A stretch of DNA of 41,142 bases from a virus (taxonomy: Duplodnaviria; Heunggongvirae; Uroviricota; Caudoviricetes). A program made the position numbers and the translations under genes. The notes under the pieces are model-generated. The model saw nothing but the letters and a program-made list of their open reading frames with translations. It was not told where the DNA came from and made no database searches. Position 1 is the stretch's first letter. The number at the start of each line of letters is the position of its first letter. Of this stretch, positions 10,249-19,897 are shown piece by piece. The stretch lies in the IMG/VR virus record IMGVR_UViG_2718218402_000007, positions 1 through 41,142 of that record. One strand, written 5' to 3'.

Positions 10249-11621
10249 TGCACTGGCACCTTCAGAGGGATCACCGGCACAAAGCCGGGATGCGTAATGG
10301 CATTACGCCGGATAATGTCCGCGTCACGCGCCGCGTTATCAAACCAGGTCGCCGCCAGCACCAGCGCGGGTAAAACCTCATCCGGTGTGCGCTGAATGAT
10401 CCGTGCAGACTGTTCAAGGCGCGTGTTGATATCCGCATTCAGATCTGCTTTCACCCGGCGCAGCGCCAGAAACAGCGCATCACTGGTTGTACGGGACAAC
10501 TCCTTATCAATTGCCGTATTCAGTGTGTCGCGAATGTCAGTCAGTTCTTCCCACGTCGGCAGGTCAACCGTGTTTTTCACCGCCGGTGCATTGTTCAGTG
10601 CCGGATGCGTGACGGAAGGCCAGCCAGTGCTCTGCGCAGGTGTTGTTGCCTGCCCCACTGCGGAATTCTGCATCACCGCGGAAGTTGTTGGCGCAGGCAA
10701 TCGGGTGACGGCATACGCCGCTTCACTGATTGCGGTCGTACGAAGGGTGCTGGCAACCACATTACGCTGCTGCGTAGCCGTGGCGGTGGTTTTACTGTCC
10801 GTTTTCCAGACGCCGCGCGGTTGCAGATCGCTGCCGAGGCTGACACCGGAAAGCGTTTTGATCATGGTGACCAGGTCGCTGGCGTTACCATAAAGGCGTT
10901 TCCCGGTACGCCACATTTTCTGCACCTGCTCAACGAGATTTTTGCCTGACGATGGTGGCGGCAGAAGTACCGAGATATCCCCCTGCAACAGCCTGGCAGC
11001 ATCCGATACGGCAGAATCCACCACTTTCATCGCATCAGAAACATACCCAAGCATTGTGCTGACATTACCAACGACGTCGTTCTGCACGAAATCCGCCACG
11101 CCATCGATACTGAAACCTCTGAAGCTGTCACTGATGCAGTCATCCAGTGCAGAACAGGATGACATCAGCGTCTGCGCCGTCGCCGCACCTGAAGTGGGGT
11201 AAGAGAGTTCTCCCGCTTCGACAAACTTCAGGTCAAAGCGGACAATACGCCCTTCACTCTTCGATGTGCTGACCCGAACTTCTCCGTCAACACAGACTTT
11301 CAGCTCACCGTATGTCGGATGGACAAGCGTGCCGGGACCGGGTTTATTCAGCGCGTCAATCAGGCGATCGCGCTGGTCAAAGCAGTCATCTCCCACCACA
11401 TAAGCCGTGATGGACGAGCGAAAAGTGATTTTCCCCAGGTCTTCGGTATAGGGTTTGTCGCGGTTCGGGTATTCATGTGTTTCCACACGGCGACCGGTTC
11501 CCGCACTTTCTTCTTCAACCTTAAACGGCACGCCGCGAAATGACGCGTCCTGAAGTCTGTCACGCCAGCCTGAAGACGACGAAAGTAATGAAGGTCGGGT
11601 GGGAAATGAGGATAAATCCAT
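10245..11621 (-). CDS. Tail/DNA circulation protein (Mu gpN-like)
   Basis: 458 aa, directly downstream of the tape measure gene as in Mu-like tails. Confidence 0.75.
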   Translation of the reverse strand: MDLSSFPTRPSLLSSSSGWRDRLQDASFRGVPFKVEEESAGTGRRVETHEYPNRDKPYTEDLGKITFRSSITAYVVGDDCFDQRDRLIDALNKPGPGTLVHPTYGELKVCVDGEVRVSTSKSEGRIVRFDLKFVEAGELSYPTSGAATAQTLMSSCSALDDCISDSFRGFSIDGVADFVQNDVVGNVSTMLGYVSDAMKVVDSAVSDAARLLQGDISVLLPPPSSGKNLVEQVQKMWRTGKRLYGNASDLVTMIKTLSGVSLGSDLQPRGVWKTDSKTTATATQQRNVVASTLRTTAISEAAYAVTRLPAPTTSAVMQNSAVGQATTPAQSTGWPSVTHPALNNAPAVKNTVDLPTWEELTDIRDTLNTAIDKELSRTTSDALFLALRRVKADLNADINTRLEQSARIIQRTPDEVLPALVLAATWFDNAARDADIIRRNAITHPGFVPVIPLKVPVQ

Positions 11622-11645
11622 AGACTGACCTCAAAAAGGACTGCG

Positions 11646-13553
11646 TTATCGTGGAAAACGAAAAGGGGAATACCCCACATCGTGCGTGATTTTCATCAGG
11701 GGATCGGCTTTGCCCGGTACATCAATTATCTTCATACCTGGCGGAGCATTCTCGAACGTGACTTTCAGCTCGCTGTGCTGTGTCATGGAAGAAGATGGAT
11801 TCAACAGCGGAACATTGGGTTTGTACTGACTCAGGCTGGCCTGATACTGCTCGTACTCTTTACGATCAAAAAAAGGCGTCCAGTCTGAAGCCAGAAACAG
11901 CCCTTTATTATCCAGCCAGTTAACCGTATCTTCAGGAACAACACTTTCCAGAGTATCTTTAACCGGCTCATACATCAGGGTTCCCAGAAAACCATATACC
12001 CCGGCCTTCCCGATAAAGCCGCGGCCTTTCCCCATCAATCCCGTTTCTGCCGATACCTTCCCCAGCGTACGCATCTCTCTGGTCACTGCGGTAATGGATT
12101 TGGTAACGTCAGCAACCCATTTGGTTGCCATAAACAGGGCAATCGCTTTCAGAACAGTTTCCCATCCCCCCATCGCCTGCGCCGTTTCATCCACCACGTG
12201 CCAGACTTTTTTTATGACAGGACCTACGGTTTCCCAGTTATCAATAATGAGGTAAGCGCCACCAACCAGAAGAGCAATCAGCCCCTTAGCAGGCGTCATA
12301 TTCATCACACCGCCGAGAACTTTCATAATTCTGGACAAAGAGCCTGCAGCGGCTCCCACCGTCAGTAAGGCCAGACCGATTTTAGCAATGGTCTTAACGA
12401 GCTCCGGGTTTTCACGGACAAACGTTCTCACTTCCTCAAGGAGCGGTTTTACCTCTTCAAGACCATCATTAACCTCAGGAAGAAACGTTTCCCCCAGCGT
12501 GGAAGAAATGGCATCAAGTTGATTTTGCAGAAGTAAAAGCTGGTTTTCCGTCGTCGCTGCCCTCGAAGCATATTCCTTCTGCATCGAACTGCCATACTGC
12601 TGGGAATCCGCAACCCGCCTGAAGTTGGTACGCAACAAATCAAGGTTAGTCAGCAGAGGTGCTATCGCGCCCAGAGACTCTTTCCCGAACAGGGCATTCA
12701 GCACAGCTGCCTGTTTTTCTTTGGGCACTTTAGCCATCGCATCCAGTACAGACAGCATGGTTCCCCGGGCATCTTTCTGCATATCAGCAGCTAATTTCTT
12801 CGGATTGATCCGCAGAAAACGTAATGCCTGTTTCTGCGATTTTGTCGCGGAATTTCCCGCGGTCAGGGAAAGCATGAAGTTCTTGATCCCTGTGGCGGCA
12901 ATTTCTGACTCCACGCCCATCCCGGCAATGGTTGCCCCCATTGCCGCGATTTCGCCGGAAGCCACACCTGCAACACCACCTAAAGGACCAATACGCGTAA
13001 CAATATCGGAGATTTTCTTCGCATTCGCCGGGCCGGTATTACCAAGGTAGTTGATTTTGTCAGCCAGCCCGGCCACTTCATCCTGCGTCATATTAAACGC
13101 AGTACGCCACTGGGCCATCATCTGCCCGGACTCTTCAGCCGTGGTATCAAAGGCCACGCCCATCTTCACCGCATCAGTGGCAAACTGCATCAGTTCATCA
13201 CGTGCAATCCCGGCCTGACCGCCAGCCGCCACAATTTCCGCGATCCCGTCTGCAGACATGGGAAGCTCAGTAGACAAAGCGCGTACCTGCTCCGTCATGG
13301 CCTTAAACGCATCCGGCGTATCCAGACCGTCTACCACTTTGCGGACATCAGCCATCTTCGATTCAAGGGTGATGGCTGATTTTACAGGGAGTGCCAGTGC
13401 CCCCATTATTGCAGTACCCGCCCCGGCAGCGCCCAGAGCAAGGCTGGAGACTTCTTTCTGAAACCCCTTAAGCTGACGCTGCATACCTTTAAGCGGGCCG
13501 GACAGCCTGTCAACGGCGGTGATGATGGCTTTCAGCTGAAAATTATCAGCCAT
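11646..13553 (-). CDS. Tail tape measure protein
   Basis: 635 aa, Ala/Gly-rich with long predicted helical and membrane-like stretches; located between the tail-tube/chaperone genes and the baseplate genes. Confidence 0.85.
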   Translation of the reverse strand: MADNFQLKAIITAVDRLSGPLKGMQRQLKGFQKEVSSLALGAAGAGTAIMGALALPVKSAITLESKMADVRKVVDGLDTPDAFKAMTEQVRALSTELPMSADGIAEIVAAGGQAGIARDELMQFATDAVKMGVAFDTTAEESGQMMAQWRTAFNMTQDEVAGLADKINYLGNTGPANAKKISDIVTRIGPLGGVAGVASGEIAAMGATIAGMGVESEIAATGIKNFMLSLTAGNSATKSQKQALRFLRINPKKLAADMQKDARGTMLSVLDAMAKVPKEKQAAVLNALFGKESLGAIAPLLTNLDLLRTNFRRVADSQQYGSSMQKEYASRAATTENQLLLLQNQLDAISSTLGETFLPEVNDGLEEVKPLLEEVRTFVRENPELVKTIAKIGLALLTVGAAAGSLSRIMKVLGGVMNMTPAKGLIALLVGGAYLIIDNWETVGPVIKKVWHVVDETAQAMGGWETVLKAIALFMATKWVADVTKSITAVTREMRTLGKVSAETGLMGKGRGFIGKAGVYGFLGTLMYEPVKDTLESVVPEDTVNWLDNKGLFLASDWTPFFDRKEYEQYQASLSQYKPNVPLLNPSSSMTQHSELKVTFENAPPGMKIIDVPGKADPLMKITHDVGYSPFRFPR

Positions 13554-13637
13554 GCTTCATCTCCTCATTTATACGGACGGCCTCTGCCTCCAGATCAGCA
13601 AAGTGGGAAATAGCCGTCCGGCGAAGTTCAAGGGGGT

Positions 13638-13961
13638 TTAATTTCCAGAACCACGCGACATTGTAGAATCGCTTCCGGAGGTCTCTTCCGTCTCCAAGCC
13701 GGTAAAAAAACGCATTACAATCATGCCTGCCTTGAAAATATCCAGCTTCGTCATCTGCGCTGCAGACGAGCGCGGGATCCCGGCCAGAAGCGGGATATAT
13801 TTCAGCGCTACCTGACTGTCCATTTTCATACCACCATCAGGTGAAACAGAGAAAGGGAACCCCAGCGCCTCAATCTCGTCATACGTAGGCTCACGTATTT
13901 CCAGCACATGCAGTGTTTCTTTGTGGGCGATGATCGGTTTTTTAAGTACAAGCTCAATCAC
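13638..13961 (-). CDS. Tail assembly chaperone (Mu gp41-like)
   Basis: 107-aa ORF between the tail tube and tape measure genes. Confidence 0.6.
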   Translation of the reverse strand: MIELVLKKPIIAHKETLHVLEIREPTYDEIEALGFPFSVSPDGGMKMDSQVALKYIPLLAGIPRSSAAQMTKLDIFKAGMIVMRFFTGLETEETSGSDSTMSRGSGN

Positions 13962-14314
13962 TGGTAATCCCCTTCTTCACCGTGGAACTCAAGATCAACC
14001 GTGCCTTCTTCGGCATTATGGTTCGCTTCGCCGTGCAGCCAGGCAGACGACAGTACATAGACCTGACCGTTCGCCAGCTCGGCAGTGATGGTCATCTCAT
14101 CAGACGAGGTGATTTTGTTCACCGGAAAATTCTTCGGCACCTTGAAGGTCCCTTTGACATAGGGCGCACGGTGAGTTTCCTTGCGGTCCACTGAACCGTC
14201 CAGGCCGATGATGTCATCATTGACCGTCCTGTTCATGGGCACCTCAATGCCGCCGGTCAGCGATAGCTGCTGACCGTCAATTTTGAAATAACAGGTTCCC
14301 CCGATACGGGCCAT
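13958..14314 (-). CDS. Tail tube protein (Mu gpM-like)
   Basis: 118 aa, immediately downstream of the sheath gene and overlapping it by one codon. Confidence 0.8.
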   Translation of the reverse strand: MARIGGTCYFKIDGQQLSLTGGIEVPMNRTVNDDIIGLDGSVDRKETHRAPYVKGTFKVPKNFPVNKITSSDEMTITAELANGQVYVLSSAWLHGEANHNAEEGTVDLEFHGEEGDYQ

Positions 14315-15807
14315 TATGCAGACTCCTCTGAATACTGAAGACGGAACTGGTTAACCACGGCAAAGACACGCAACTGGTTAACATAGTCAGGCGGGAACAG
14401 CGTGTTCAGGCGGTTCGGATCGCTGGCATCACGCTCCACAACCAGGTACTGCTTAAACAGTTCGTAGTTTTCCACGATCCCCGCACGCTCAAGCTGACGG
14501 TAGGTTGCCAGCAGTTCCCCTTTGATCACCGCCGGTGTGACAATCGCCTGACCGGGACCAAAGCGGGTACCGTCGCTGGCAAGCTTGTGACGCCCGTACT
14601 TACTGGTAATGACGGATTTCAGTTTGCGCAGCACATACGCGCTGGTATGCAGCGTCTCGCTGTCGAGGTAGCTGTTATCCGCAACACCGTAAGCGTTTTT
14701 CCTGTACGTGGTGACATCACGCTGAATGCGCAGCACCCCGCTTTCGACACACGCCGTTGCCACGCCATGAGACAGCAGGGTCTGTTGTTCGGTCATCGTG
14801 AACCGTTTCCCCTTCGGCGCAGGCAGCATACCCACCAGCTCACCGGTCTGCGTGGGACGTGCCGGATCGTTGCGGATAAACACCGCTGCGCGGGCGGTAC
14901 GGCTTGCCGCCAGCTCGTCGGCAGGCGTCTGGGTCTCTTTTTCGTATCCCGCCAGGGTAATGTGCTGCTGGTTAAACTGGTCACCTGCGGTCACCAGTTC
15001 TGACAGCGTGCCGATCTTTGCCGTATACACATGACCATACAGCTGACGCGCATAGCTCCAGCGACCGCTGGTATCGTTCATCTCGGTCACCAGCGTGTTA
15101 ACGGAGGCTGTGTCGTTGAACGGCAGGCCGATATAATCAAACGGCTCATCCGCCATTGCAGCCACCGCGCCGGTGAGAACCGGAGCGCCCGTTCCGGCGG
15201 TACCCGTCGCCACGGCAATCTGTACGCCCGCTGGCAGCACTTCGCCCCCACCAAAGCCGTAGTAATTGAGGCTGACAGGAATTTCATTCCCGCAAAGCCC
15301 CTTATGACGCGCGGTCAGTGTGACCACGCCTGCCGAAGATGAGGCAGTAAACGGCAGGGTCGGAACGGCATTGATGGCATCCTGGATACTGCTGGCAATC
15401 GTCGCAACGTTATCGCCGTTGGTCACCGGTGCCTGCACGCGGGTACGTCCCACATAAACATTCACCGTGCCGGTTTCGGTTGCCGCGCCGGTCACCGTCA
15501 GCGTAACCGTTGCCGCCGCGCCCGTGGATTCAGGAACGGCAATCACATATAGCTCGCCAAACGGGTCGGTCTGGCGATAAGCCTCGACCATACGCGCCAG
15601 CTGACTTCCCGCACCACAAATCTGGCGTGCATAGTCTGCCGACGGCATCAGTACCAGACTGTTGGCAACAATCTCTGCACCGTTATTGGCATGACCAATC
15701 AGCAGCGATGCTCCGCTGTCCTGTGCAGTATTCGCCGCCTGATTATCCATTTCCGCATAAAACAGCGGAACCAGCGTATTCGACGGAATGGTGTTAAAGC
15801 TCGTCAT
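14314..15807 (-). CDS. Contractile tail sheath protein (Mu gpL-like)
   Basis: 497 aa; size and position typical of a myovirus sheath. Confidence 0.85.
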   Translation of the reverse strand: MTSFNTIPSNTLVPLFYAEMDNQAANTAQDSGASLLIGHANNGAEIVANSLVLMPSADYARQICGAGSQLARMVEAYRQTDPFGELYVIAVPESTGAAATVTLTVTGAATETGTVNVYVGRTRVQAPVTNGDNVATIASSIQDAINAVPTLPFTASSSAGVVTLTARHKGLCGNEIPVSLNYYGFGGGEVLPAGVQIAVATGTAGTGAPVLTGAVAAMADEPFDYIGLPFNDTASVNTLVTEMNDTSGRWSYARQLYGHVYTAKIGTLSELVTAGDQFNQQHITLAGYEKETQTPADELAASRTARAAVFIRNDPARPTQTGELVGMLPAPKGKRFTMTEQQTLLSHGVATACVESGVLRIQRDVTTYRKNAYGVADNSYLDSETLHTSAYVLRKLKSVITSKYGRHKLASDGTRFGPGQAIVTPAVIKGELLATYRQLERAGIVENYELFKQYLVVERDASDPNRLNTLFPPDYVNQLRVFAVVNQFRLQYSEESA

Positions 15808-15961
15808 CGGTATTCACCTTTTTATTCACGCGCCGGATATCACCCGCTACTTCACGGCGCAGCCAGTAGTTGTTCTCGTCAACATTTCGCCCTTCGGCGG
15901 GCAAAAGGTCGCCGCGGGCAGGGTCAGGAACTGACCGCCCTTTAACAGGTTTGACAAACAT
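15794..15961 (-). CDS. Small phage protein (55 aa) upstream of the sheath gene
   Basis: ATG at 15961 with GAGGAT Shine-Dalgarno about 8 nt upstream; ends in an ATGA-type overlap with the sheath start. Below the ORF-track size cut-off; translated by hand. Confidence 0.4.
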   Translation of the reverse strand: MFVKPVKGRSVPDPARGDLLPAEGRNVDENNYWLRREVAGDIRRVNKKVNTDDEL

Positions 15962-15969
15962 GAGGATCC

Positions 15970-16530
15970 TCAGGAAGGAAGGGTTATTTCGGTGTGATGT
16001 TCGATATCGCCGTCAGGCCCGTTACCGGGCTCGAGATAATCAACATCAATCGCCAGCGTTTGCAGTTCATCCAGACTGTTCAGATCATCCTGCTGGCGGG
16101 TATCGTCTTCAGTCAGCTCGCTGATGACCGAAAAATCGAACTGATAAATCAGCTCATGACGATTCAGATCCAGCAGCGTGCCGCCGTCATAGGTAATCGG
16201 GTTACCGCACGCTTCCGGGTTCCAGCCCAGCAGGGCCTTAAAGAGCATCTGCCGGACATCGTCCACCACATCATACGAGGCAAACTGACCGCGCTCATCA
16301 CGCCCGTTACTCAGTATGACAACCACGGAGAAGCCCTCTTTCAGCTCCTGCCAGTAGTCGGTCTGGCTTTTGTTTTCTCCCGGAGAGTCATCACCCGGTA
16401 CCACATACGCCGCCGGGAGTCTCAGCTTTCCGACCTCCGGCAGATTTTTGAACTGTGCCGCGCCTGCCACCCGGTTTTCAAAATACGGGCAGCGGGCACG
16501 CAGCGCAGCAATAACAGGCGTCAGTTTCAT
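15970..16530 (-). CDS. Virion morphogenesis/neck protein (Mu gp37-like)
   Basis: 186 aa; lies between the head-completion genes and the sheath gene. Confidence 0.6.
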   Translation of the reverse strand: MKLTPVIAALRARCPYFENRVAGAAQFKNLPEVGKLRLPAAYVVPGDDSPGENKSQTDYWQELKEGFSVVVILSNGRDERGQFASYDVVDDVRQMLFKALLGWNPEACGNPITYDGGTLLDLNRHELIYQFDFSVISELTEDDTRQQDDLNSLDELQTLAIDVDYLEPGNGPDGDIEHHTEITLPS

Positions 16531-17033
16531 CTGTGTCGTCGCTCCGGCTTCAGTGATTTACGCAATTCCCGCGCCAGAAAATAGCGTGTCCAGCTGCGGT
16601 TCTTTTCAAGAGTTTCCACCATGAAGTTATTACGTGGAGCCAGTCGCCAGCCGCTGCCACCGGATGCACCACGATGATGACTACGACGACGTTTTGCTCC
16701 TCCCCGGACACCAAAAAACAGAAACGCCGGATAGAAGTCACCAGAGATCATCCGGTTCCCCTTCCCGTTGCGCTGGTTAGGGGCAATGCGTGTCATAAAA
16801 CCGGCTCGCTTTTTACTGGCTCTCGGCACCATATAACCAATCGAACGAGCCAGGCGTCCGGTCTGATAACCGGGGTTTTCACCCGGTGCCGACCGCGCAC
16901 GGCGCATCACCAGCCGACGGGCATCACGCATATGACGCTGCCCAATCGTGACAAACGCCCGCCGGACACGGGCGCGGTTAAAGCGCATCTCGGCGGGCTG
17001 CTGAACATCAACGTGAAAAAAGGGAGTCGCCAT
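16527..17033 (-). CDS. Head-tail joining protein (HK97 gp10-like)
   Basis: 168-aa basic protein in the head-tail connector block. Confidence 0.6.
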   Translation of the reverse strand: MATPFFHVDVQQPAEMRFNRARVRRAFVTIGQRHMRDARRLVMRRARSAPGENPGYQTGRLARSIGYMVPRASKKRAGFMTRIAPNQRNGKGNRMISGDFYPAFLFFGVRGGAKRRRSHHRGASGGSGWRLAPRNNFMVETLEKNRSWTRYFLARELRKSLKPERRHR

Positions 17034-17418
17034 TGCTGCCTCCGTGACTCTGCCTACATTCGCCCAGCTCCGTACACTCCAGCAGCAGAAAGCGCCGCGC
17101 CCCGTTCAGATCACGCTGACGTTTCACCCGGTACACACTGTCACCGCAGACCACCTCATAATCAGCGGTGATCCCCCGGCGGTAACGAATGGTGATGTAA
17201 TGGGTGATGGCGTCCCCGGTCTGCGCGGTTTCCTGCCAGGTGGTGGCACTGGTCTGGATAACCTTCGCCCATGTCCGGAACGTAACCGGGTATTGAGGCT
17301 CCACGCCAAAGTTATCCGCGGGCATATCCACCCGCAGGCGGATCAGGACGTGTTTATTCAGTTCACCGGGGTCCGGCAGAATGTAGGTTGCGCTGGTCTG
17401 CGCCTGACGAATTTTCAT
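17008..17418 (-). CDS. Head closure / head-tail adaptor protein
   Basis: 136 aa; position and family resemblance. Confidence 0.65.
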   Translation of the reverse strand: MKIRQAQTSATYILPDPGELNKHVLIRLRVDMPADNFGVEPQYPVTFRTWAKVIQTSATTWQETAQTGDAITHYITIRYRRGITADYEVVCGDSVYRVKRQRDLNGARRFLLLECTELGECRQSHGGSNGDSLFSR

Positions 17419-17738
17419 TGCGGAAAGTACCTGTACGGGCCGACAAGCCAGCCAAAACTCTGCGGCATGTCGAGTTTCTCCACTTCCGTAACCGACGAGC
17501 GGTTTTCGTAAAAATGGCTGATAAGCATCAGCATCCCCAGACGAATATCATCCGGCAGGTGCAGCCCGTCCGGATCGCTCTCCGGAATGGTTTCATCCGG
17601 TGCATAGAGCTTCCGGTTCAGATACGTTTCCGTCCGCTTTTGCGCCGCACAGGCCAGCAGTTGCAGATGGCGGTCATCAGCATCGAAATCCTCATCCAGC
17701 CGGAGTTGGGCTTTAATCTCTTCCATTGTCAGAAGCAT
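17415..17738 (-). CDS. Head-tail connector protein (gp6-like)
   Basis: 107-aa acidic protein downstream of the capsid gene. Confidence 0.65.
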   Translation of the reverse strand: MLLTMEEIKAQLRLDEDFDADDRHLQLLACAAQKRTETYLNRKLYAPDETIPESDPDGLHLPDDIRLGMLMLISHFYENRSSVTEVEKLDMPQSFGWLVGPYRYFPQ

Positions 17739-17740
17739 AC

Positions 17741-17941
17741 TCAGCCCTCTTTACTGGTCGTGGCTTTTTTCTCTTTTGCCGCTTTACTGCTTTTTGCACT
17801 GGTTCCGCGCTCTGCTAACCCGGCCTGAAGTGCAATCTCCTGCACCCGGGCAGGAAGCGCCCCGTCGTCATACTCACCGGCCCGAATGACCTCAACACGC
17901 ATACCGTCCGGTGACCATTTCAGATCTTGTTTCAGGATCAT
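17741..17941 (-). CDS. Small hypothetical head-module protein
   Basis: 66-aa ORF, Lys/Ala-rich at the C-terminus, tightly packed between the capsid gene and the connector gene. Confidence 0.45.
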   Translation of the reverse strand: MILKQDLKWSPDGMRVEVIRAGEYDDGALPARVQEIALQAGLAERGTSAKSSKAAKEKKATTSKEG

Positions 17942-17990
17942 GATTCTTCACCCGTCAGAACAGGGGGCGCGGTTCCGCGCCCCTGAGTGA

Positions 17991-19196
17991 TTACGCCGCT
18001 GCAATCTTCAGCAGTTTGATGGCCTGCGAATCGACCAGCATCCCGCCGGTGCGCTTGGTGGTATAAAAACCGACAAACGGTTTATTGGTGTACGGGTCAC
18101 GCAGAATGCGGGTGCCGATACGGTCAACGATGGTGTAACCCCGTTTGAAGTTACCAAATGCAATGGCTTTCGCATCAGCGGCGATATCCGGCATCTGTTC
18201 GTTTTCAGCGATACCGTAACCCGCCAGAGAGGACGGCTGCCCCAGTTCCAGCCCCGGACGCCACAGATAGTTACCCTCGGTGTCTTTCAGCAGACGGATG
18301 GCAAACAGGCTGTTGTTGTTCATCATGAACTTCGCGCCAGTGCGGTGTGCCTTACGCAGCGTGTAAATCAGTTTGATAATGGCGTCTGCGGTCACCGCGG
18401 TCGCTTCGCCGGATACAATATGCTGAAGTTTGCCGAACGCCCGGACCTTGTCGGTTTCATCAGTGGATTCATACGCCAGGAACCCTTTCGGCTTCTTGGT
18501 GCCATCGCCTGAGGTAAAGGCAATTTCTTCCTGTTCGGCAAATTCGGTTGCCAGCTCGCTGTTAATCCAGGCCTCCACGTTGAAGAAGGCATCGTCCAGC
18601 ATTTTCTGGGTAGCCTGCGGGTTGCCGTAGATTTCCCCCATGAGAGGTTCAATCAGCTCCAGTCTGGAGGTGGCAGTCTGGGATCGCGTATCCGTTTCCC
18701 CCACCCATCCGGAAGCCGTACCGCCCAGATTCACCAGTTTTTTGTAGTCGGAACCGCCAACGGTGATCACCGTGGCTTCCTGACGCATCACCACTTCATC
18801 TTTCAGCAGGTTAAGAATGTTGCGATCCAGTTCTTCCGGCACGGCGTAGCCACCGTCTTCATCGGTACCCACCTGCAATGCCTTACGCTCCAGATCGCGC
18901 AGACCGTCTTCACGGCCTTTACGTAGAAAGCCCACAAACGCCTCTTTATGCTCGGTGGCCAGTTTATTTTGCGCTCCACCTGCCGGACGTTTCAGCTCAA
19001 GCAGCTCTTTTTCAAGGTCGCTTTTGAGATTTTCCAGCTCGCTGAGTTTCCCGTTCAGGGTTTCCACCTGCCCGGCAAGCTTGCCTTTTTCCTGCTCAAT
19101 CGCATCCACGCGCTTGTCGTTCTTTGCTTTGAAGTCGTCAAACTTCTGCTGCAGCTCCTGCGCGACCTGTTCGACATCTTTAATATCAACCGCCAT
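17991..19196 (-). CDS. Major capsid protein, HK97 family
   Basis: 401 aa with an N-terminal coiled-coil delta-domain-like region followed by an HK97-fold-like body; follows the prohead protease gene. Confidence 0.9.
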   Translation of the reverse strand: MAVDIKDVEQVAQELQQKFDDFKAKNDKRVDAIEQEKGKLAGQVETLNGKLSELENLKSDLEKELLELKRPAGGAQNKLATEHKEAFVGFLRKGREDGLRDLERKALQVGTDEDGGYAVPEELDRNILNLLKDEVVMRQEATVITVGGSDYKKLVNLGGTASGWVGETDTRSQTATSRLELIEPLMGEIYGNPQATQKMLDDAFFNVEAWINSELATEFAEQEEIAFTSGDGTKKPKGFLAYESTDETDKVRAFGKLQHIVSGEATAVTADAIIKLIYTLRKAHRTGAKFMMNNNSLFAIRLLKDTEGNYLWRPGLELGQPSSLAGYGIAENEQMPDIAADAKAIAFGNFKRGYTIVDRIGTRILRDPYTNKPFVGFYTTKRTGGMLVDSQAIKLLKIAAA

Positions 19197-19210
19197 CGTA
19201 TTTCTCCTGA

Positions 19211-19897
19211 TTAGAAGTTCAGATTTTTCAGTGCATTCAGTGCAGAGCCCACATCCTCAGCGTCGCGCAGGGACAGTGCGCCATAGCCCCCGGCCATGAA
19301 TGCTTTGGCCTGGGTACGGGAGAGTCCGACATCACGCAGGACTCTTTCGATTTTTTTCTGTTCGGGGATTTCCCCGCGGGCCAGCGCGTTCTTGACGTCG
19401 CTGATCCGCGCCTCGTCGTTAGACGGAAACGTCACCAGACTGACTTCCCAGAGGTCGATTTCTTTCAACAGAAAGGCTTCTTTGCTCCGGTCGTATTCCC
19501 AGTCTTTCAGGACGTACCCAATAGAAAGGCCGGTTAACGAACCGGCCTTCATGTGTGCATGTGCGCGTTTTGCGAGGGGATCATCATCAATGAGCAACCG
19601 CCCCCTGACGTAAAGCCCGACATCGTCTTCCTTCATTTCGGTGTAAACACCGATGGGTTCATCCATGCGGTGCTGCCAGAGCAGCGCAGGTAACGCTTTT
19701 CTGTCACTCCACGCCCGCAGGGAAGCAGCAAATGCCCCGGACATCACCACATCATCGTGGCTGTCCTTTACACCAAAGACGGAGCCATACCCTTCAAACT
19801 CACCGGAGTCACTGACAGATTTCAGACTCAGCGGTACATCAAGACGTTGTTTCGTCTGCATTGGCGTTATCCTTCTGCTTACCGGCTTTACTGCCAT
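19211..19897 (-). CDS. Prohead protease (HK97 family)
   Basis: 228 aa, between the portal and capsid genes. Confidence 0.85.
   Translation of the reverse strand: MAVKPVSRRITPMQTKQRLDVPLSLKSVSDSGEFEGYGSVFGVKDSHDDVVMSGAFAASLRAWSDRKALPALLWQHRMDEPIGVYTEMKEDDVGLYVRGRLLIDDDPLAKRAHAHMKAGSLTGLSIGYVLKDWEYDRSKEAFLLKEIDLWEVSLVTFPSNDEARISDVKNALARGEIPEQKKIERVLRDVGLSRTQAKAFMAGGYGALSLRDAEDVGSALNALKNLNF

Noticed and set aside
13553-13961. Possible programmed frameshift extension of the tail assembly chaperone
   Set aside because: Expected by analogy with other tail modules, but I could not identify a slippery heptamer or a convincing extended frame by eye.
15994-16584. 196-aa plus-strand ORF antisense to the morphogenesis genes
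   Set aside because: Lies entirely opposite tightly packed, translationally coupled minus-strand structural genes, with no ribosome-binding site; likely a compositional artefact.
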